64,000 bases of DNA, from assembly GCA_002360495.1 (NCBI GenBank), contig DEQO01000125.1:8751-72750 (forward strand). Reading direction: 5' to 3'. This document shows, piece by piece, positions 36,584 to 46,974 of the stretch. The notes under the pieces are model-generated. The model was given only the letters and a program-made list of their open reading frames with translations. It searched no databases and had not been told where the DNA came from. This DNA comes from Flavobacteriales bacterium UBA3364. Its GTDB lineage: Bacteria; Bacteroidota; Bacteroidia; Flavobacteriales_F; PHOS-HE28. The position numbers were made by a program, and so were the translations under genes. The stretch's first letter is position 1. Each line of letters starts with the position of its first letter.

Positions 36584-39500
36584 ATGAAGAACCCTTCCAT
36601 TCCTGTGTTCAGGGGTCCACGTTGGTCGCGCAGCATCGTGCTGCTCCTGATGCTGGTATCGATCGGCCTGGTCCACGCCCAGAACACCACCGTACTGCCC
36701 ACCCGCGGTACCCGGTTCTGGACCGGCTTCATGCAGAACGGTTTTGGCGCCCAAAGCTTGAAGGTGCATATCCTGAGCACCTCGGCGACCTCTGGTACGG
36801 TGACCATACCCCTGACCGGCTGGAGCGCGAGCTTCTCGGTCGCCGCCAACAACGTCGCGATCGTCGATGTACCCACGAGCGCGGAGAACAATGGTTCCGG
36901 GAACACCGCCTCGAAGGGTGTGCTCATCCAGAGCAACGACAGCGTGAACGTCTTCATCAGCAGCTTCCAGAATTTCACGCACGACCTCTCCCAAGTGCTG
37001 CCCGAATCCTCGTTGGGCAACACGTACCGCGTTGACAGTTACCAAGGCCTGCCGAACTTCAACAACCTGCACAAAAGCGAGCTGCTCGTGGTGGCCACGC
37101 AGGATGGAACACAGGTGCGCATCACACCCTCGGTGAACACCTTGAACGGGAACGTCGCTGGAACACCCTTCCTGGTGAACCTGAACGAAGGCCAGAGCTA
37201 CCAGGTACAAGCAGCAACGGATGCCCTGGACCTGACCGGAACGTTGGTGGAGGCGACAGCGACCAGCGGAACCTGCCGTCCTTTCGTGGTGATCGGCGGT
37301 TCCATGTGCGCAACGGTACCGGGTGCCTGCCAGGCCTGCGACGCGATCTTCGAACAACTCATTCCCGTCACGGCATGGGGAACACGCTACTTCACGGCCC
37401 CGATCAGCGGTGTCAACACCAGCACGTACCGCGTCCTGGCCCATAGCAATGGGACGTCGATCTCCATCAACGGCGGTGCACCGATCATGCTGAATGCGGG
37501 GCAGCGCCACGAAGTGAACGGGTCCACGGCGCCGGTCTGCATCCAAGCCAACCTGCCTGTAAGTGTCGTCCAATTGCTGGAAGGATACAGCTGTGCCGGG
37601 AACGGCGATCCTTCACTATTGCTGGTGTCACCTGCGGAACGGATGTCCACGAGGGCGACGTTCAGCACGTCCACCTCCTCTCAACTGAGCCAACACAGTG
37701 TCAGCCTCATCGTTCCTGTTGCTGCGGTTGGACAGATCACGCTGGACGGCGTGGTCGTGAACCCGTCCTTGTTCCAATCCTATCCCGGCTGCACGGACCG
37801 CAAGCATGCGAAAGTCCCGGTGTTGGCCGGAGTACACAGGATCCAAGCAGCAACGGGTTTCCAGGCATACATGTTCGGTACAGGGTACGGTGAGAGCTAC
37901 GCAGCCTCCGTGCACGATATCCGGGCCGTTCCGGTACAGGAGGATTCCATCGTCTGTGGCGGCGGTCCGCTCACCCTCAATGCACCGGAGCCCTTGAACA
38001 ACGCCACATGGTCCGAGGCCGATTCCCCCAACACCGTACTCGCGACCGGTAACAGTTACTCCTTCACACCGACTTCCAGTGGGAGCTATACCGTGACCGG
38101 TATCCTGCCCGTGAGCGGCTGCCCGCGCAGTTTCACCTACCACGTCGGTATCCCGTTGACGATCCCCACGTTGCTCACCGCGAACGACCAACCATCCATC
38201 AATATCTGCCAGTACGAACCGGTGCAGCTCGCGCTCGTTCCTCCGCCCGACCCGGCATGGTTCGAGATCCAATGGTCGCCAGCCTATTCGCTGGACAATG
38301 ACACGATCTCCAACCCGGTCGCCATGCCGATGACCAGCACGTGGTACCGTGTCCGGGTGATCAGCCCGAGCGGTTGCGGGAACATGGACGATAGCATCCG
38401 GGTGAACGTGACCGGCGCGCGCATCCTCGATCTTGGTCTTACAGCGGATCCGCCAGCGGTCTGCTTGGGGAATACCGTGCAACTCGGTAGCCGTGCATTG
38501 CGCGTGATGGCGAGCGACCTTTTCGATGGAACGCCCGGCAGCACATGGACCGCGATCCAGGGCGGCGTGGTGAGCAATGCCTGCGGAAGCCAGAGCGGAT
38601 CGGCACTTTACTTCGATGGCAATGGTCAACGCTACGCACAGACCGTGGGGCTGAACACGAATGGCGGTGGACAGCTGCGCTTCAGGCTGAAGATCGCAAC
38701 GGACGTATCGCCATGCGACAACGCCGATGCAGGTGAGGATGTCGTGCTGGAATACTCCACCAACAACGGGCTCAACTGGAACTTGATCGACACCTATGAT
38801 CAGGATGGGTTCCCTGGGTTCGAGCCCTTGCAAGTGACCATTCCGGCTCCGGCACAAACAGCGAACACGATGTTCCGTTTGCGCCAGCTGGCGCACAATG
38901 GGTCCGGGCACGACAACTGGGCCGTCGATGACTTTCTGTCCGCCAAATACGACAACAACTGGTTGGGCTATGGCTGGTCACAACCGGGTACCTTGAACAA
39001 CGCCGCTTCACCGTCCCCGGTCGCAACACCAACGACCACGGGCTGGTACGTGCTGAGCGCGACCGATCCAACGGCCGGATGCGTGTACCAGGATTCCGTG
39101 CAGGTGCAGGTCGACCCCGCTTTCAGCTTGGGCATTACGCCCAACACGACACTGTGTGCGGTAGCGGGCCTACCGCTCACTGCGACGCCGAGTTCCGGCA
39201 CCGGCATCACCTATGCGTGGTCGCCGAACAACGGTACGTTGAGCGCCCTCAATGTGCAATCGCCCATCGCCACGCCGACATCGACGACAACCTACAGTGT
39301 CACCGCAACGACCTCCATCGGCTGCACGGCGAACCGACAGGTCACCATCACCGTTGGTCAACTGCTGAGCTTCAACGTGACAGCTGCGAACGATACGTTG
39401 TGCCAAGGCGGATCGACGCAGCTCACGGCCACGGCTTCCGGAGGTAGCGGGCTTACCTACGCTTGGACCGGTGCGGGGTTGAACAATGCCGCCATCGCTA

Positions 39501-41599
39501 ACCCGATCGCAACTCCCACCCAAACCACCACTTACACCAGTGTGGTTACACACACCGCCAGTGGATGCACGTTGAGCCAAAGCGTGACCGTTGTGGTGAC
39601 AACGGGCTACACGGCAAATGCCGGACCCGACCTCACCTTGTGCACAACCCTCGGCCATCAGATCGTCCTGCAGCACAATGTGCCCAACCCGACCTACCAT
39701 TGGACACCGGCTGCAAACCTCAATTCGAGCACCATCGCATCCCCCACGATCCTGACCGATGCTACTGCGACATACAGCGTGACCATATCCGACCTCAATG
39801 GTTGCTCTGTAAGTGATCAGGTGACGATCACGCGCGCCTTCTCCGGATTGCCCGCACAGAGCAGCGCCAGCGGTTGTGCGAACGCACCACCGACCCTGAC
39901 CGCCCCGCAGAGCGGTGCGAGCTATCTGTGGAGCACCGGCGCCGTCTCGCCCACCATCGTGCCCACTGCTTCCGGTCCACATACGGTGACGATCACCGAT
40001 GCACAGGGATGTGAGGCATCGACCACCTTCAACGTGACCTTGTTCGCCTTGCCGGTCGTGAACCTTGGTCCCGACCTTGCGCTCTGCGGTGCAAGCAGCC
40101 AGGTCTTGAACGCCGGTAATGCGGGTAGCACCTTCCATTGGAACACGGCCGCTACAACGCAACAGATCACGGTTTCCACCAGTGGGACCTATTCCGTCAA
40201 CGTGACCAACACGAACAACTGCAGCGCATCGGATGCGGTGAACATCCAGCTCAACAGCCTCCCGGTCGATCCGCTCCAGGATGTCACGTCCTGCACCACG
40301 AGCATGGTGACGTTGGACGCCGGGAACAGTGGTAGCACATATCTCTGGAACACCGGTGCCGCGACACAAACGATACATCCAACGACCAGCGGCACATACA
40401 GTGTCGCAGTGACCACACCACAGAACTGCACCGCGACCTTCGATGCGGAGGTGACCTTGGTCCCCATCGTGGTCGTCGACCTTGGGAACGATACGACCAT
40501 TTGCCTGGGGAGTTCCGTGGTGCTCAATGCTGGGAACCCCGGTCTCTCCTATGCCTGGAGCACCGGTGCAACATCACAGTCCATATCCGTTCAGTCCGCT
40601 GGAACGTACAGTGTTGTCGTAGGGAACGGATCCTGCACAGCAACGGACGCTATTGTCATAGCCACGCAAGCCCCTCCTTTGGATGTGTTGCAGGACGTGA
40701 CCCAATGCAGTGGCCAAGCTGCCCTGCTGGACGCCGGGAACGCAGGGTGCACCTATCTGTGGAGCCAAGGTACCAACGCACAAACGCTTGCTGTGAACGC
40801 CAGTGGGACCTATAGTGTCATAGTGACCGATCCAATAGGATGCTCCGGCACGTTCGATGCCGTGGTCCAACTCGTCGCTCCACCGGTCGTTCAGCTGGGT
40901 CCCGATACGGTGCTTTGCGATGGGGAGGCCTTGGTGGTGGATGCCGGAAATCCTGGATCCAGTTACTTGTGGAGCGATGGATCGACCGCACGCACCATCA
41001 CCATACGTGAGCCCGGCACCTACACTGCACTGGTGAACAACGGACTCTGTCAGCGCAGTGATGCGATCGTTGTCGCCTTCGATCCGTCGCCAGCGCAAAT
41101 GGCAACACGACAGTTCCACACTTGCCTGGGGGAGGACCAACAGTATGTCCGCCTGGATGCCGGCAATCCCGGGTCGCGATACGAGTGGTCAACTGGAGAA
41201 CATGCCCAAGTGATACTGGCCGGGGCCTACGGTTGGTACGTTGTTGAAGTGACCAACCAGTTCGATTGTGCCGGGCGCGATTCCGCCCAGGTGATCGAGT
41301 ACTGCCCTTCGGCGATCTTCATTCCCAATACGTTCACCCCGAACGGCGATGGCACCAACGATACCTTCATTCCCGTTGGCAAGAACATCGCAGCGATGCA
41401 CCTCTACGTGTTCGATCGCTGGGGCGATCTGCTCTTCGAAAGCGACGACCCCACGATGGGTTGGGACGGCACCTATGGTGGCGAAGTGGTGAAGAACGAC
41501 ATCTATGTCTGGCGGCTTTCCTACAAGTTCTTCGAGGACAAGGACGGGGCCATCGGTATGGAGCAGGAACAGCTGGGGCACGTGCAGGTGCTCCGATGA
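36584..41599 (+). CDS. Giant (about 1671 aa) T9SS type B cargo / adhesin-like protein
   Basis: Signal peptide ending LVHAQ. The N-terminal region resembles the IgGFc-binding-protein N-terminal domain. A central domain ends NWAVDDF (MAM/reelin-like). More than ten Cys-framed Ig-like repeats follow. The C-terminus is the gliding-motility CHU_C/T9SS type B motif FIPNTFTPNGDGTNDTF...WDG...YVW. Confidence 0.92.
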   Translation: MKNPSIPVFRGPRWSRSIVLLLMLVSIGLVHAQNTTVLPTRGTRFWTGFMQNGFGAQSLKVHILSTSATSGTVTIPLTGWSASFSVAANNVAIVDVPTSAENNGSGNTASKGVLIQSNDSVNVFISSFQNFTHDLSQVLPESSLGNTYRVDSYQGLPNFNNLHKSELLVVATQDGTQVRITPSVNTLNGNVAGTPFLVNLNEGQSYQVQAATDALDLTGTLVEATATSGTCRPFVVIGGSMCATVPGACQACDAIFEQLIPVTAWGTRYFTAPISGVNTSTYRVLAHSNGTSISINGGAPIMLNAGQRHEVNGSTAPVCIQANLPVSVVQLLEGYSCAGNGDPSLLLVSPAERMSTRATFSTSTSSQLSQHSVSLIVPVAAVGQITLDGVVVNPSLFQSYPGCTDRKHAKVPVLAGVHRIQAATGFQAYMFGTGYGESYAASVHDIRAVPVQEDSIVCGGGPLTLNAPEPLNNATWSEADSPNTVLATGNSYSFTPTSSGSYTVTGILPVSGCPRSFTYHVGIPLTIPTLLTANDQPSINICQYEPVQLALVPPPDPAWFEIQWSPAYSLDNDTISNPVAMPMTSTWYRVRVISPSGCGNMDDSIRVNVTGARILDLGLTADPPAVCLGNTVQLGSRALRVMASDLFDGTPGSTWTAIQGGVVSNACGSQSGSALYFDGNGQRYAQTVGLNTNGGGQLRFRLKIATDVSPCDNADAGEDVVLEYSTNNGLNWNLIDTYDQDGFPGFEPLQVTIPAPAQTANTMFRLRQLAHNGSGHDNWAVDDFLSAKYDNNWLGYGWSQPGTLNNAASPSPVATPTTTGWYVLSATDPTAGCVYQDSVQVQVDPAFSLGITPNTTLCAVAGLPLTATPSSGTGITYAWSPNNGTLSALNVQSPIATPTSTTTYSVTATTSIGCTANRQVTITVGQLLSFNVTAANDTLCQGGSTQLTATASGGSGLTYAWTGAGLNNAAIANPIATPTQTTTYTSVVTHTASGCTLSQSVTVVVTTGYTANAGPDLTLCTTLGHQIVLQHNVPNPTYHWTPAANLNSSTIASPTILTDATATYSVTISDLNGCSVSDQVTITRAFSGLPAQSSASGCANAPPTLTAPQSGASYLWSTGAVSPTIVPTASGPHTVTITDAQGCEASTTFNVTLFALPVVNLGPDLALCGASSQVLNAGNAGSTFHWNTAATTQQITVSTSGTYSVNVTNTNNCSASDAVNIQLNSLPVDPLQDVTSCTTSMVTLDAGNSGSTYLWNTGAATQTIHPTTSGTYSVAVTTPQNCTATFDAEVTLVPIVVVDLGNDTTICLGSSVVLNAGNPGLSYAWSTGATSQSISVQSAGTYSVVVGNGSCTATDAIVIATQAPPLDVLQDVTQCSGQAALLDAGNAGCTYLWSQGTNAQTLAVNASGTYSVIVTDPIGCSGTFDAVVQLVAPPVVQLGPDTVLCDGEALVVDAGNPGSSYLWSDGSTARTITIREPGTYTALVNNGLCQRSDAIVVAFDPSPAQMATRQFHTCLGEDQQYVRLDAGNPGSRYEWSTGEHAQVILAGAYGWYVVEVTNQFDCAGRDSAQVIEYCPSAIFIPNTFTPNGDGTNDTFIPVGKNIAAMHLYVFDRWGDLLFESDDPTMGWDGTYGGEVVKNDIYVWRLSYKFFEDKDGAIGMEQEQLGHVQVLR
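39841..41310 (+). repeat. Seven tandem, roughly 70-codon coding repeats inside the giant adhesin gene
   Basis: The recurring pattern C..(L/V).L(D/N)AGN.G..Y.W(S/N)TG...Q.I.....G.Y.V.V....C...D......  is read in the translation. The units are diverged at the DNA level. Confidence 0.8.
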
Positions 41600-41612
41600 T
41601 CGACCCCCGCGT

Positions 41613-42392
41613 TCAGTAGCGCAGTTCGAAGTCGTCAGCCTCCTTCGCCACAGGGAACTTCTCCCGGAAATCGGCGAGCGCACTCCAGTCCAAGGCAACG
41701 GTCGCAATGCCCACTTGTGAAGGCATCACACTTCCGATCACCGCACCACGCGGATCGATCACCACCGAGTCGCCCGTGTAGTGGATGCTCTTGCCATCCA
41801 TACCAACCCGGTTCACACCGGCCACGTAGCACTGGTTCTCGATGGCCCGTGCGATGAGCAACTGGCTCCATGGGTAACGACGTGCTTCAGGCCAATTGGC
41901 CACAAAGAGAATGGCGTCGTAGTCGCCGCGGTTACGAGCGAACACCGGGAAGCGAAGGTCGAAGCAGACCTGCAAGAGCACGCGCCAGCCGCGCCATTCC
42001 ACCACCACGCGCTCCTCACCAGCGCTGTAGTGATCGGTCTCGTTGGCAAAGCGGAAGAGATGACGCTTGTCGTAGATCGTGACCTGTCCATCGGGCCGTA
42101 CGAAGAGGCCGCGGTTATAGTACCTGCCACCATCGGTGATGATCACACTGCCGTAGATCGCAGCATCCAATGACTTCGCCTGCTCCCGCATCCACTTCAC
42201 CGTTGGACCGTTCATGTCCTCCGCCAGCTCCGTGCTGCGCATGCTGAATCCAGTGGTGAACATTTCGGGCAGCACGATGAGATCGGACATCCCCTTCAAC
42301 GCCGTGAGTTCCTCAGCGAACATCACGCGGTTCGCTGCGGCATCCTCCCAGTGGAGCATGCTCTGCACGAGTGTCACTCTCAGATCCTGCAT
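41613..42392 (-). CDS. Carbon-nitrogen hydrolase, omega-amidase YafV-like
   Basis: 259 aa, with LIVLPEMFTTGF (catalytic Glu), a FANW-type region and VCFDLRFP (catalytic Cys). Confidence 0.88.
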   Translation of the reverse strand: MQDLRVTLVQSMLHWEDAAANRVMFAEELTALKGMSDLIVLPEMFTTGFSMRSTELAEDMNGPTVKWMREQAKSLDAAIYGSVIITDGGRYYNRGLFVRPDGQVTIYDKRHLFRFANETDHYSAGEERVVVEWRGWRVLLQVCFDLRFPVFARNRGDYDAILFVANWPEARRYPWSQLLIARAIENQCYVAGVNRVGMDGKSIHYTGDSVVIDPRGAVIGSVMPSQVGIATVALDWSALADFREKFPVAKEADDFELRY

Positions 42393-43522
42393 AGCTTCTC
42401 GATCGCGGCGTCCAAGGTAGCGTCCTGTTTGGCGAAGCAGAAGCGCAGCAGGCGTTGGCCGACGGGGGGGGCTTTGTAGAACGGTGAGAGCGGGATCGTC
42501 GCCACCCCGAACGCGCGCGTTACGCGTTGCGCGAAGGCCATGTCATCCTCATCGCTGATCGCGCTGTAGTCAGCGGTCTGAAAATAGGAGCCTTCACACG
42601 GCAGCAGCTTGAAGCGGGATCCCTTCATTCCCGCAGCGAAGCGATCCCGCTTGGCCTGGTAGAACACAGGCACGTTCTCGTAGTGTGCTGGCTCCTTCAT
42701 GTATGTCGCCAGCGCATGCTGGATGGGTGTGTTCGCGCTGAAGACGTTGAACTGGTGCACCTTCCGGAACTCGATCATCAGTTCCTTCGGCGCGAGCACA
42801 TAGCCCATCTTCCATCCCGTGGTGTGGAAGACCTTTCCGAAACTGAAGATCACGAAGGCGCGATCCCGCAGCTCAGGCTGCTTGATCGCTGATGCGTGCG
42901 GTTCGCCATCGAAGACCAGGTGCTCGTAGACCTCATCGCTCAGCAGCACGATGTCCGTGCCGCGCAGTATGGCGGCGATGCGTTCCATGTCCGCCTCTCG
43001 CAGGATCGTGCCCGCCGGATTGTGTGGCGTGTTGATCATCAGCATGCGTGTGCGCGGGGTGATCGCCGCTTGCACTGCATTCGCATCAAACTTCATGTCA
43101 TCGCCGAGGCGCACGTGCACGGGCTTGCCGCCGAACAGTTCCACCGTGGGCGAGTAGCAGTCGTAAGCCGGGTCCACGATGATCACCTCGTCTCCCGGAT
43201 GAACGACCGCACCGATGGCCGTGAAAATGGCCTGTGTTCCACCCGAGGTCACGGTGATCTCCGTTTCCGGATCATAGCTGAAGCCATAGAGCCGTTGCAC
43301 CTTGGCGGCGATCGCTTCGCGCAATGCAGGCAGGCCGGGCATCGGCGCGTACTGGTTGTGACCGGCGCTCATGGCCTGATGCACGAGAACGCTCAACTTC
43401 TCATCGATCGGGAAATCCGGAAAGCCCTGGCTGAGGTTGATGGCGCCACACTCTGCGGCCAGCTTGCTCATCACTGTGAAGATGGTGGTGCCGACGCGGG
43501 GAAGCTTGGAGGGGATGGGCAT
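42380..43522 (-). CDS. PLP-dependent aminotransferase class I/II (YbdL/methionine-glutamine transaminase-like)
   Basis: I trimmed the start to MPIPSKLPRVGTTIFTVMSKLA. It contains INLSQGFPDF, NTPHNPAG and SFGKVFHTTGWKMGY (Lys). It overlaps the amidase gene by 13 nt. Confidence 0.9.
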   Translation of the reverse strand: MPIPSKLPRVGTTIFTVMSKLAAECGAINLSQGFPDFPIDEKLSVLVHQAMSAGHNQYAPMPGLPALREAIAAKVQRLYGFSYDPETEITVTSGGTQAIFTAIGAVVHPGDEVIIVDPAYDCYSPTVELFGGKPVHVRLGDDMKFDANAVQAAITPRTRMLMINTPHNPAGTILREADMERIAAILRGTDIVLLSDEVYEHLVFDGEPHASAIKQPELRDRAFVIFSFGKVFHTTGWKMGYVLAPKELMIEFRKVHQFNVFSANTPIQHALATYMKEPAHYENVPVFYQAKRDRFAAGMKGSRFKLLPCEGSYFQTADYSAISDEDDMAFAQRVTRAFGVATIPLSPFYKAPPVGQRLLRFCFAKQDATLDAAIEKLCRI

Positions 43523-43585
43523 GTGCGACGAAACTAGATCGTTTGGGTGTTGTCTCCGATCCGACAACTCCCAGACCGCACCGCA

Positions 43586-43593
43586 TAGCTTTG
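43586..43593 (+). promoter_or_regulatory. Candidate -7 box TAGCTTTG
   Basis: Perfect TAnnTTTG 13 nt upstream of the ATG at 43607. Confidence 0.4.
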
Positions 43594-43606
43594 ATAGCGC
43601 ATCAGC

Positions 43607-44098
43607 ATGTCCTACCTCCGCCATTTCCTCCTCTGCCTCGGGCTAGCGGCTTCAAGCCGAGCTTCCTATGCGCAGACCGTGGAGGATCTACGCTGCGACA
43701 CGGCCACGCTCCATGCTCTATTCAACGCATCGGTACAGGAGACACGCAAACAGCTCCATGGCGATACGCGACCGAACCTGGTCAGGGTCACCGCCCTGCC
43801 GTCAAAGCCAGGGTCGTCACGGGAAGTCTGTACCCAGGAGTGTGGTACATTCCTGGAATGGCCCCAAGCTTGGACCGATGCACTAGGGCTCACCACCGTC
43901 CCGATCGACAGCGCTGTGGACCAACGCGTCTTCATCAAGCGCCCCGTCTTCCGTTCGGCGAATACGTGTGTTGTGCCCTACTTCATCACGCCGACCGAAT
44001 GGGGTGGCTGGGGCGGCTTTCTGGAGTTCCGGAAACGCGGGCAGCACTGGCGATTCAAGCGAGAGCGGACCACAGGGGTGAGCTGTGGTCCCTGGTAA
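43607..44098 (+). CDS. Hypothetical secreted protein (163 aa)
   Basis: Signal peptide MSYLRHFLLCLGLAASSRASYAQ, reasonably high third-position GC, promoter box upstream and hairpin downstream. Confidence 0.7.
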   Translation: MSYLRHFLLCLGLAASSRASYAQTVEDLRCDTATLHALFNASVQETRKQLHGDTRPNLVRVTALPSKPGSSREVCTQECGTFLEWPQAWTDALGLTTVPIDSAVDQRVFIKRPVFRSANTCVVPYFITPTEWGGWGGFLEFRKRGQHWRFKRERTTGVSCGPW

Positions 44099-44105
44099 TG
44101 CGAAA

Positions 44106-44124
44106 GGGCCGTCGATGACGGCCC
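44106..44124. terminator. Bidirectional hairpin between convergent genes
   Basis: GGGCCGTC-gat-GACGGCCC, an 8-bp perfect stem. Confidence 0.55.
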
Positions 44125-44150
44125 CTCGTGCAAGCACTTCGGTGAGCGGG

Positions 44151-44909
44151 TCACTCCTTCGTCACCGTCGCCACGAGGTACTCGCGGTTCAGACGGGCGA
44201 TGTGCTCCAGGCTGATCTCCTTGGGGCACTCGATCTCGCACGCGCCGGTGTTACTGCAGTTGCCGAAACCCTCCTTGTCCATCTGCTCCACCATGGCCAG
44301 CGCGCGACGCTTGGCCTCGGGGCGGCCCTGGGGCAACAGCGAGAACTGGGAGACCTTTGCCGCCACGAACAGCATGGCACTGCCGTTGGGGCACGTGGCC
44401 ACGCACGCACCGCAGCCGATGCAGGCAGCGGCGTCCATGGCCTTGTCAGCGTCCTGCTTCGGGATGGGCACCGCGTTGCCGTCCACCAGGTTACCACTGG
44501 TGTTCACACTGACGAAGCCGCCCGCGGCCTGGATGCGGTCGAAGGAGCTGCGGTTGGTCACCAGGTCCTTGATCACGGGGAAGCCCTTCGCGCGCCAGGG
44601 CTCCACGTAGATCGTGTCGCCGTCCTTGAACTTGCGCATGTGCAACTGGCAGGTGGTGATGCCACGACCCGGGCCATGCGCTTCGCCGTTGATGAAGAGG
44701 CTGCACGTGCCGCAGATGCCCTCCCGGCAATCGTGATCGAAGGCGATGGGCTCGTCCCCCTTTCGCACGAGATCGTCGTTCAACACATCGAGCATCTCGA
44801 GAAAGCTCATGTCCTCGGACACGTCGCTCACCGGGTAGTCCACGATCTTGCCCTGTGCCTTTGGACCGGCCTGCCGCCACACTTTCAATGTCAGCTTCAT
44901 GTTTCCCAT
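44151..44909 (-). CDS. sdhB: Succinate dehydrogenase/fumarate reductase iron-sulfur subunit
   Basis: 252 aa with Cys clusters [18 protein letters not shown] and CSNTGAC...CP. Confidence 0.95.
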   Translation of the reverse strand: MGNMKLTLKVWRQAGPKAQGKIVDYPVSDVSEDMSFLEMLDVLNDDLVRKGDEPIAFDHDCREGICGTCSLFINGEAHGPGRGITTCQLHMRKFKDGDTIYVEPWRAKGFPVIKDLVTNRSSFDRIQAAGGFVSVNTSGNLVDGNAVPIPKQDADKAMDAAACIGCGACVATCPNGSAMLFVAAKVSQFSLLPQGRPEAKRRALAMVEQMDKEGFGNCSNTGACEIECPKEISLEHIARLNREYLVATVTKE

Positions 44910-44958
44910 ATGCCTTACTGTTCGTTCCGGGTCGACCCAGAGGGTCGACGCTACTTGA

Positions 44959-46974
44959 TCATTTGTATGAACGCTGCGTCAACTTGACCTCCTCGAAGGT
45001 CAGCGTCTCCTTATGTAGCTGCGCTTTGCCCGCCTCGCCGAGCCACTCCCAAGCCGAGACGTAAGCGTAGTTAACGTCGTCGCGTTTCGCTTCGCCCTTT
45101 TGCGGACCGTCCATTTCCTGGTACTCTTCGCGGAAGTGGCCGCCGCAACTTTCGTTGCGGTCCAGTGCATCCATGCACATCAGTTCACCCAGCTCCAGGA
45201 AGTCGGCCACGCGGCATGCTTTCTCCAGTTCCTGGTTCAGCTCGCCCGACTTTCCGGGTACGCGCACGTCACGCCAGAACTCCTCGCGGATCTTGCGGAT
45301 CTCCTGGATCGCTTCCTTCAATCCCTTCTCGTTACGCGCCATGCCGCACTTGTCCCACATCACCTTGCCCAGCGCACGGTGGAAGTCGTCCACCGGCTTG
45401 GTGCCTTTATTGTTCATCAGGTGGTCGATCCGGCCCTTCACGACCTTCTCGGCCTCATCGAACTCCGGCGTGTCGGTCTTGATGGGCCCGGTGCGGATGT
45501 CGTCGGCGAGGTAATCACCCACGGTGTAGGGGATCACGAAGTAGCCGTCGGCCAGGCCCTGCATCAGTGCCGAAGCGCCCAGGCGGTTCGCACCGTGGTC
45601 GCTGAAGTTGGCCTCACCCAGGCAGAAGAGGCCGGGCACGGTGGTCTGCAGGTTGTAGTCCACCCACAGGCCGCCCATGGTGTAGTGCACCGCGGGGTAG
45701 ATCATCATCGGCTCCTTATAGGGGTTCTCGCCGACGATGTTCTCGTACATGTCGAAGAGGTTCCCGTACTTCTCCTTGATGATGCCTTCGCCCAGCTCGC
45801 GGAGCTTCTCCTTGCTCGGCTTGTCGATCTTCAACACGTTGGCCTGCGTCTTCCCGTACCGCTCGATCGCTGCGGCGAAATCGAGGTACACGGCCTCGCC
45901 GGTCTTGTTCACCCCGAAGCCGGCATCGCAACGCTCCTTGGCGGCCCGGCTGGCCACGTCGCGCGGCACCAGGTTCCCGAAGGCCGGGTAGCGGCGCTCG
46001 AGGTAGTAGTCGCGGTCCGCCTCGGGGATGTCCTTGCCGCTCTTCCGGCCTTCCTGTATCGCCTTGGCATCTTCCAACTTGGCCGGCACCCAGATACGCC
46101 CGTCGTTGCGCAGCGATTCACTCATCAACGTGAGTTTGCTCTGGTGGTGACCGCTCACCGGAATGCAGGTCGGGTGGATCTGCGTGTAGCACGGATTGCC
46201 GAAATAGGCCCCGCGCTTGTGCGCCTTCCACGCGGCAGTGACATTGCAGCCCATCGCGTTCGTACTCAGGAAGAACACGTTGCCGTAGCCGCCGGTGCAC
46301 AGCAGCACAGCGTGTGCGCTATGGCGCTCGATCTCGCCGGTGACCATGTCGCGGGCGATGATACCGCGCGCCTTGCCGTCCACCACCACCACGTCCATCA
46401 TCTCGTGACGGTCGTACATCTCCACGGTGCCTTTGCCCACCTGGCGCATCAGCGCGCTGTACGCACCGAGCAACAGCTGCTGGCCGGTCTGCCCGCGTGC
46501 GTAGAACGTGCGGCTCACCTGCACGCCACCGAAGGAGCGGTTGTCCAGCAGTCCACCGTAGTCACGTGCAAAGGGCACGCCTTGCGCCACGCATTGGTCG
46601 ATGATGTTCGTGCTCACCTCAGCGAGACGGTAAACGTTCGCTTCGCGGGCGCGGTAGTCGCCGCCCTTCACGGTATCGTAGAACAGGCGGTACACGCTAT
46701 CGCCGTCGTTCATGTAGTTCTTTGCGGCGTTGATGCCGCCCTGAGCAGCGATGCTGTGGGCCCGGCGTGCGCTGTCCTGATAGCAGAAGGCTTTCACGCT
46801 GTAACCCTGTTCGGCGAGCGATGCTGCCGCCGCTCCACCCGCCAGGCCCGTGCCCACAACGATGATATCGATGCGCCGCTTGTTAGCCGGGTTAACGATG
46901 CGGGCGTGCCCCTTGTGGTAGGTCCACTTCTTGTCGATGGGACCGGGGGGGATCTTGCTGTCGAGCTTGCTCAT
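44959..46974 (-). CDS. sdhA: Succinate dehydrogenase/fumarate reductase flavoprotein subunit
   Basis: I trimmed the start to [12 protein letters not shown]. It contains [12 protein letters not shown] (FAD fold), [12 protein letters not shown] and HYTMGG. Confidence 0.96.
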   Translation of the reverse strand: MSKLDSKIPPGPIDKKWTYHKGHARIVNPANKRRIDIIVVGTGLAGGAAAASLAEQGYSVKAFCYQDSARRAHSIAAQGGINAAKNYMNDGDSVYRLFYDTVKGGDYRAREANVYRLAEVSTNIIDQCVAQGVPFARDYGGLLDNRSFGGVQVSRTFYARGQTGQQLLLGAYSALMRQVGKGTVEMYDRHEMMDVVVVDGKARGIIARDMVTGEIERHSAHAVLLCTGGYGNVFFLSTNAMGCNVTAAWKAHKRGAYFGNPCYTQIHPTCIPVSGHHQSKLTLMSESLRNDGRIWVPAKLEDAKAIQEGRKSGKDIPEADRDYYLERRYPAFGNLVPRDVASRAAKERCDAGFGVNKTGEAVYLDFAAAIERYGKTQANVLKIDKPSKEKLRELGEGIIKEKYGNLFDMYENIVGENPYKEPMMIYPAVHYTMGGLWVDYNLQTTVPGLFCLGEANFSDHGANRLGASALMQGLADGYFVIPYTVGDYLADDIRTGPIKTDTPEFDEAEKVVKGRIDHLMNNKGTKPVDDFHRALGKVMWDKCGMARNEKGLKEAIQEIRKIREEFWRDVRVPGKSGELNQELEKACRVADFLELGELMCMDALDRNESCGGHFREEYQEMDGPQKGEAKRDDVNYAYVSAWEWLGEAGKAQLHKETLTFEEVKLTQRSYK

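Noticed and set aside
39841-41310. Regularly spaced repeats as a possible CRISPR array. The GCAGC runs at 14090-14200 were also considered.
   Set aside because: The repeats are about 210 nt, diverged, in frame, and sit inside a long ORF with a clear protein repeat pattern. There are no short identical direct repeats with unique spacers, and no cas genes in the window.
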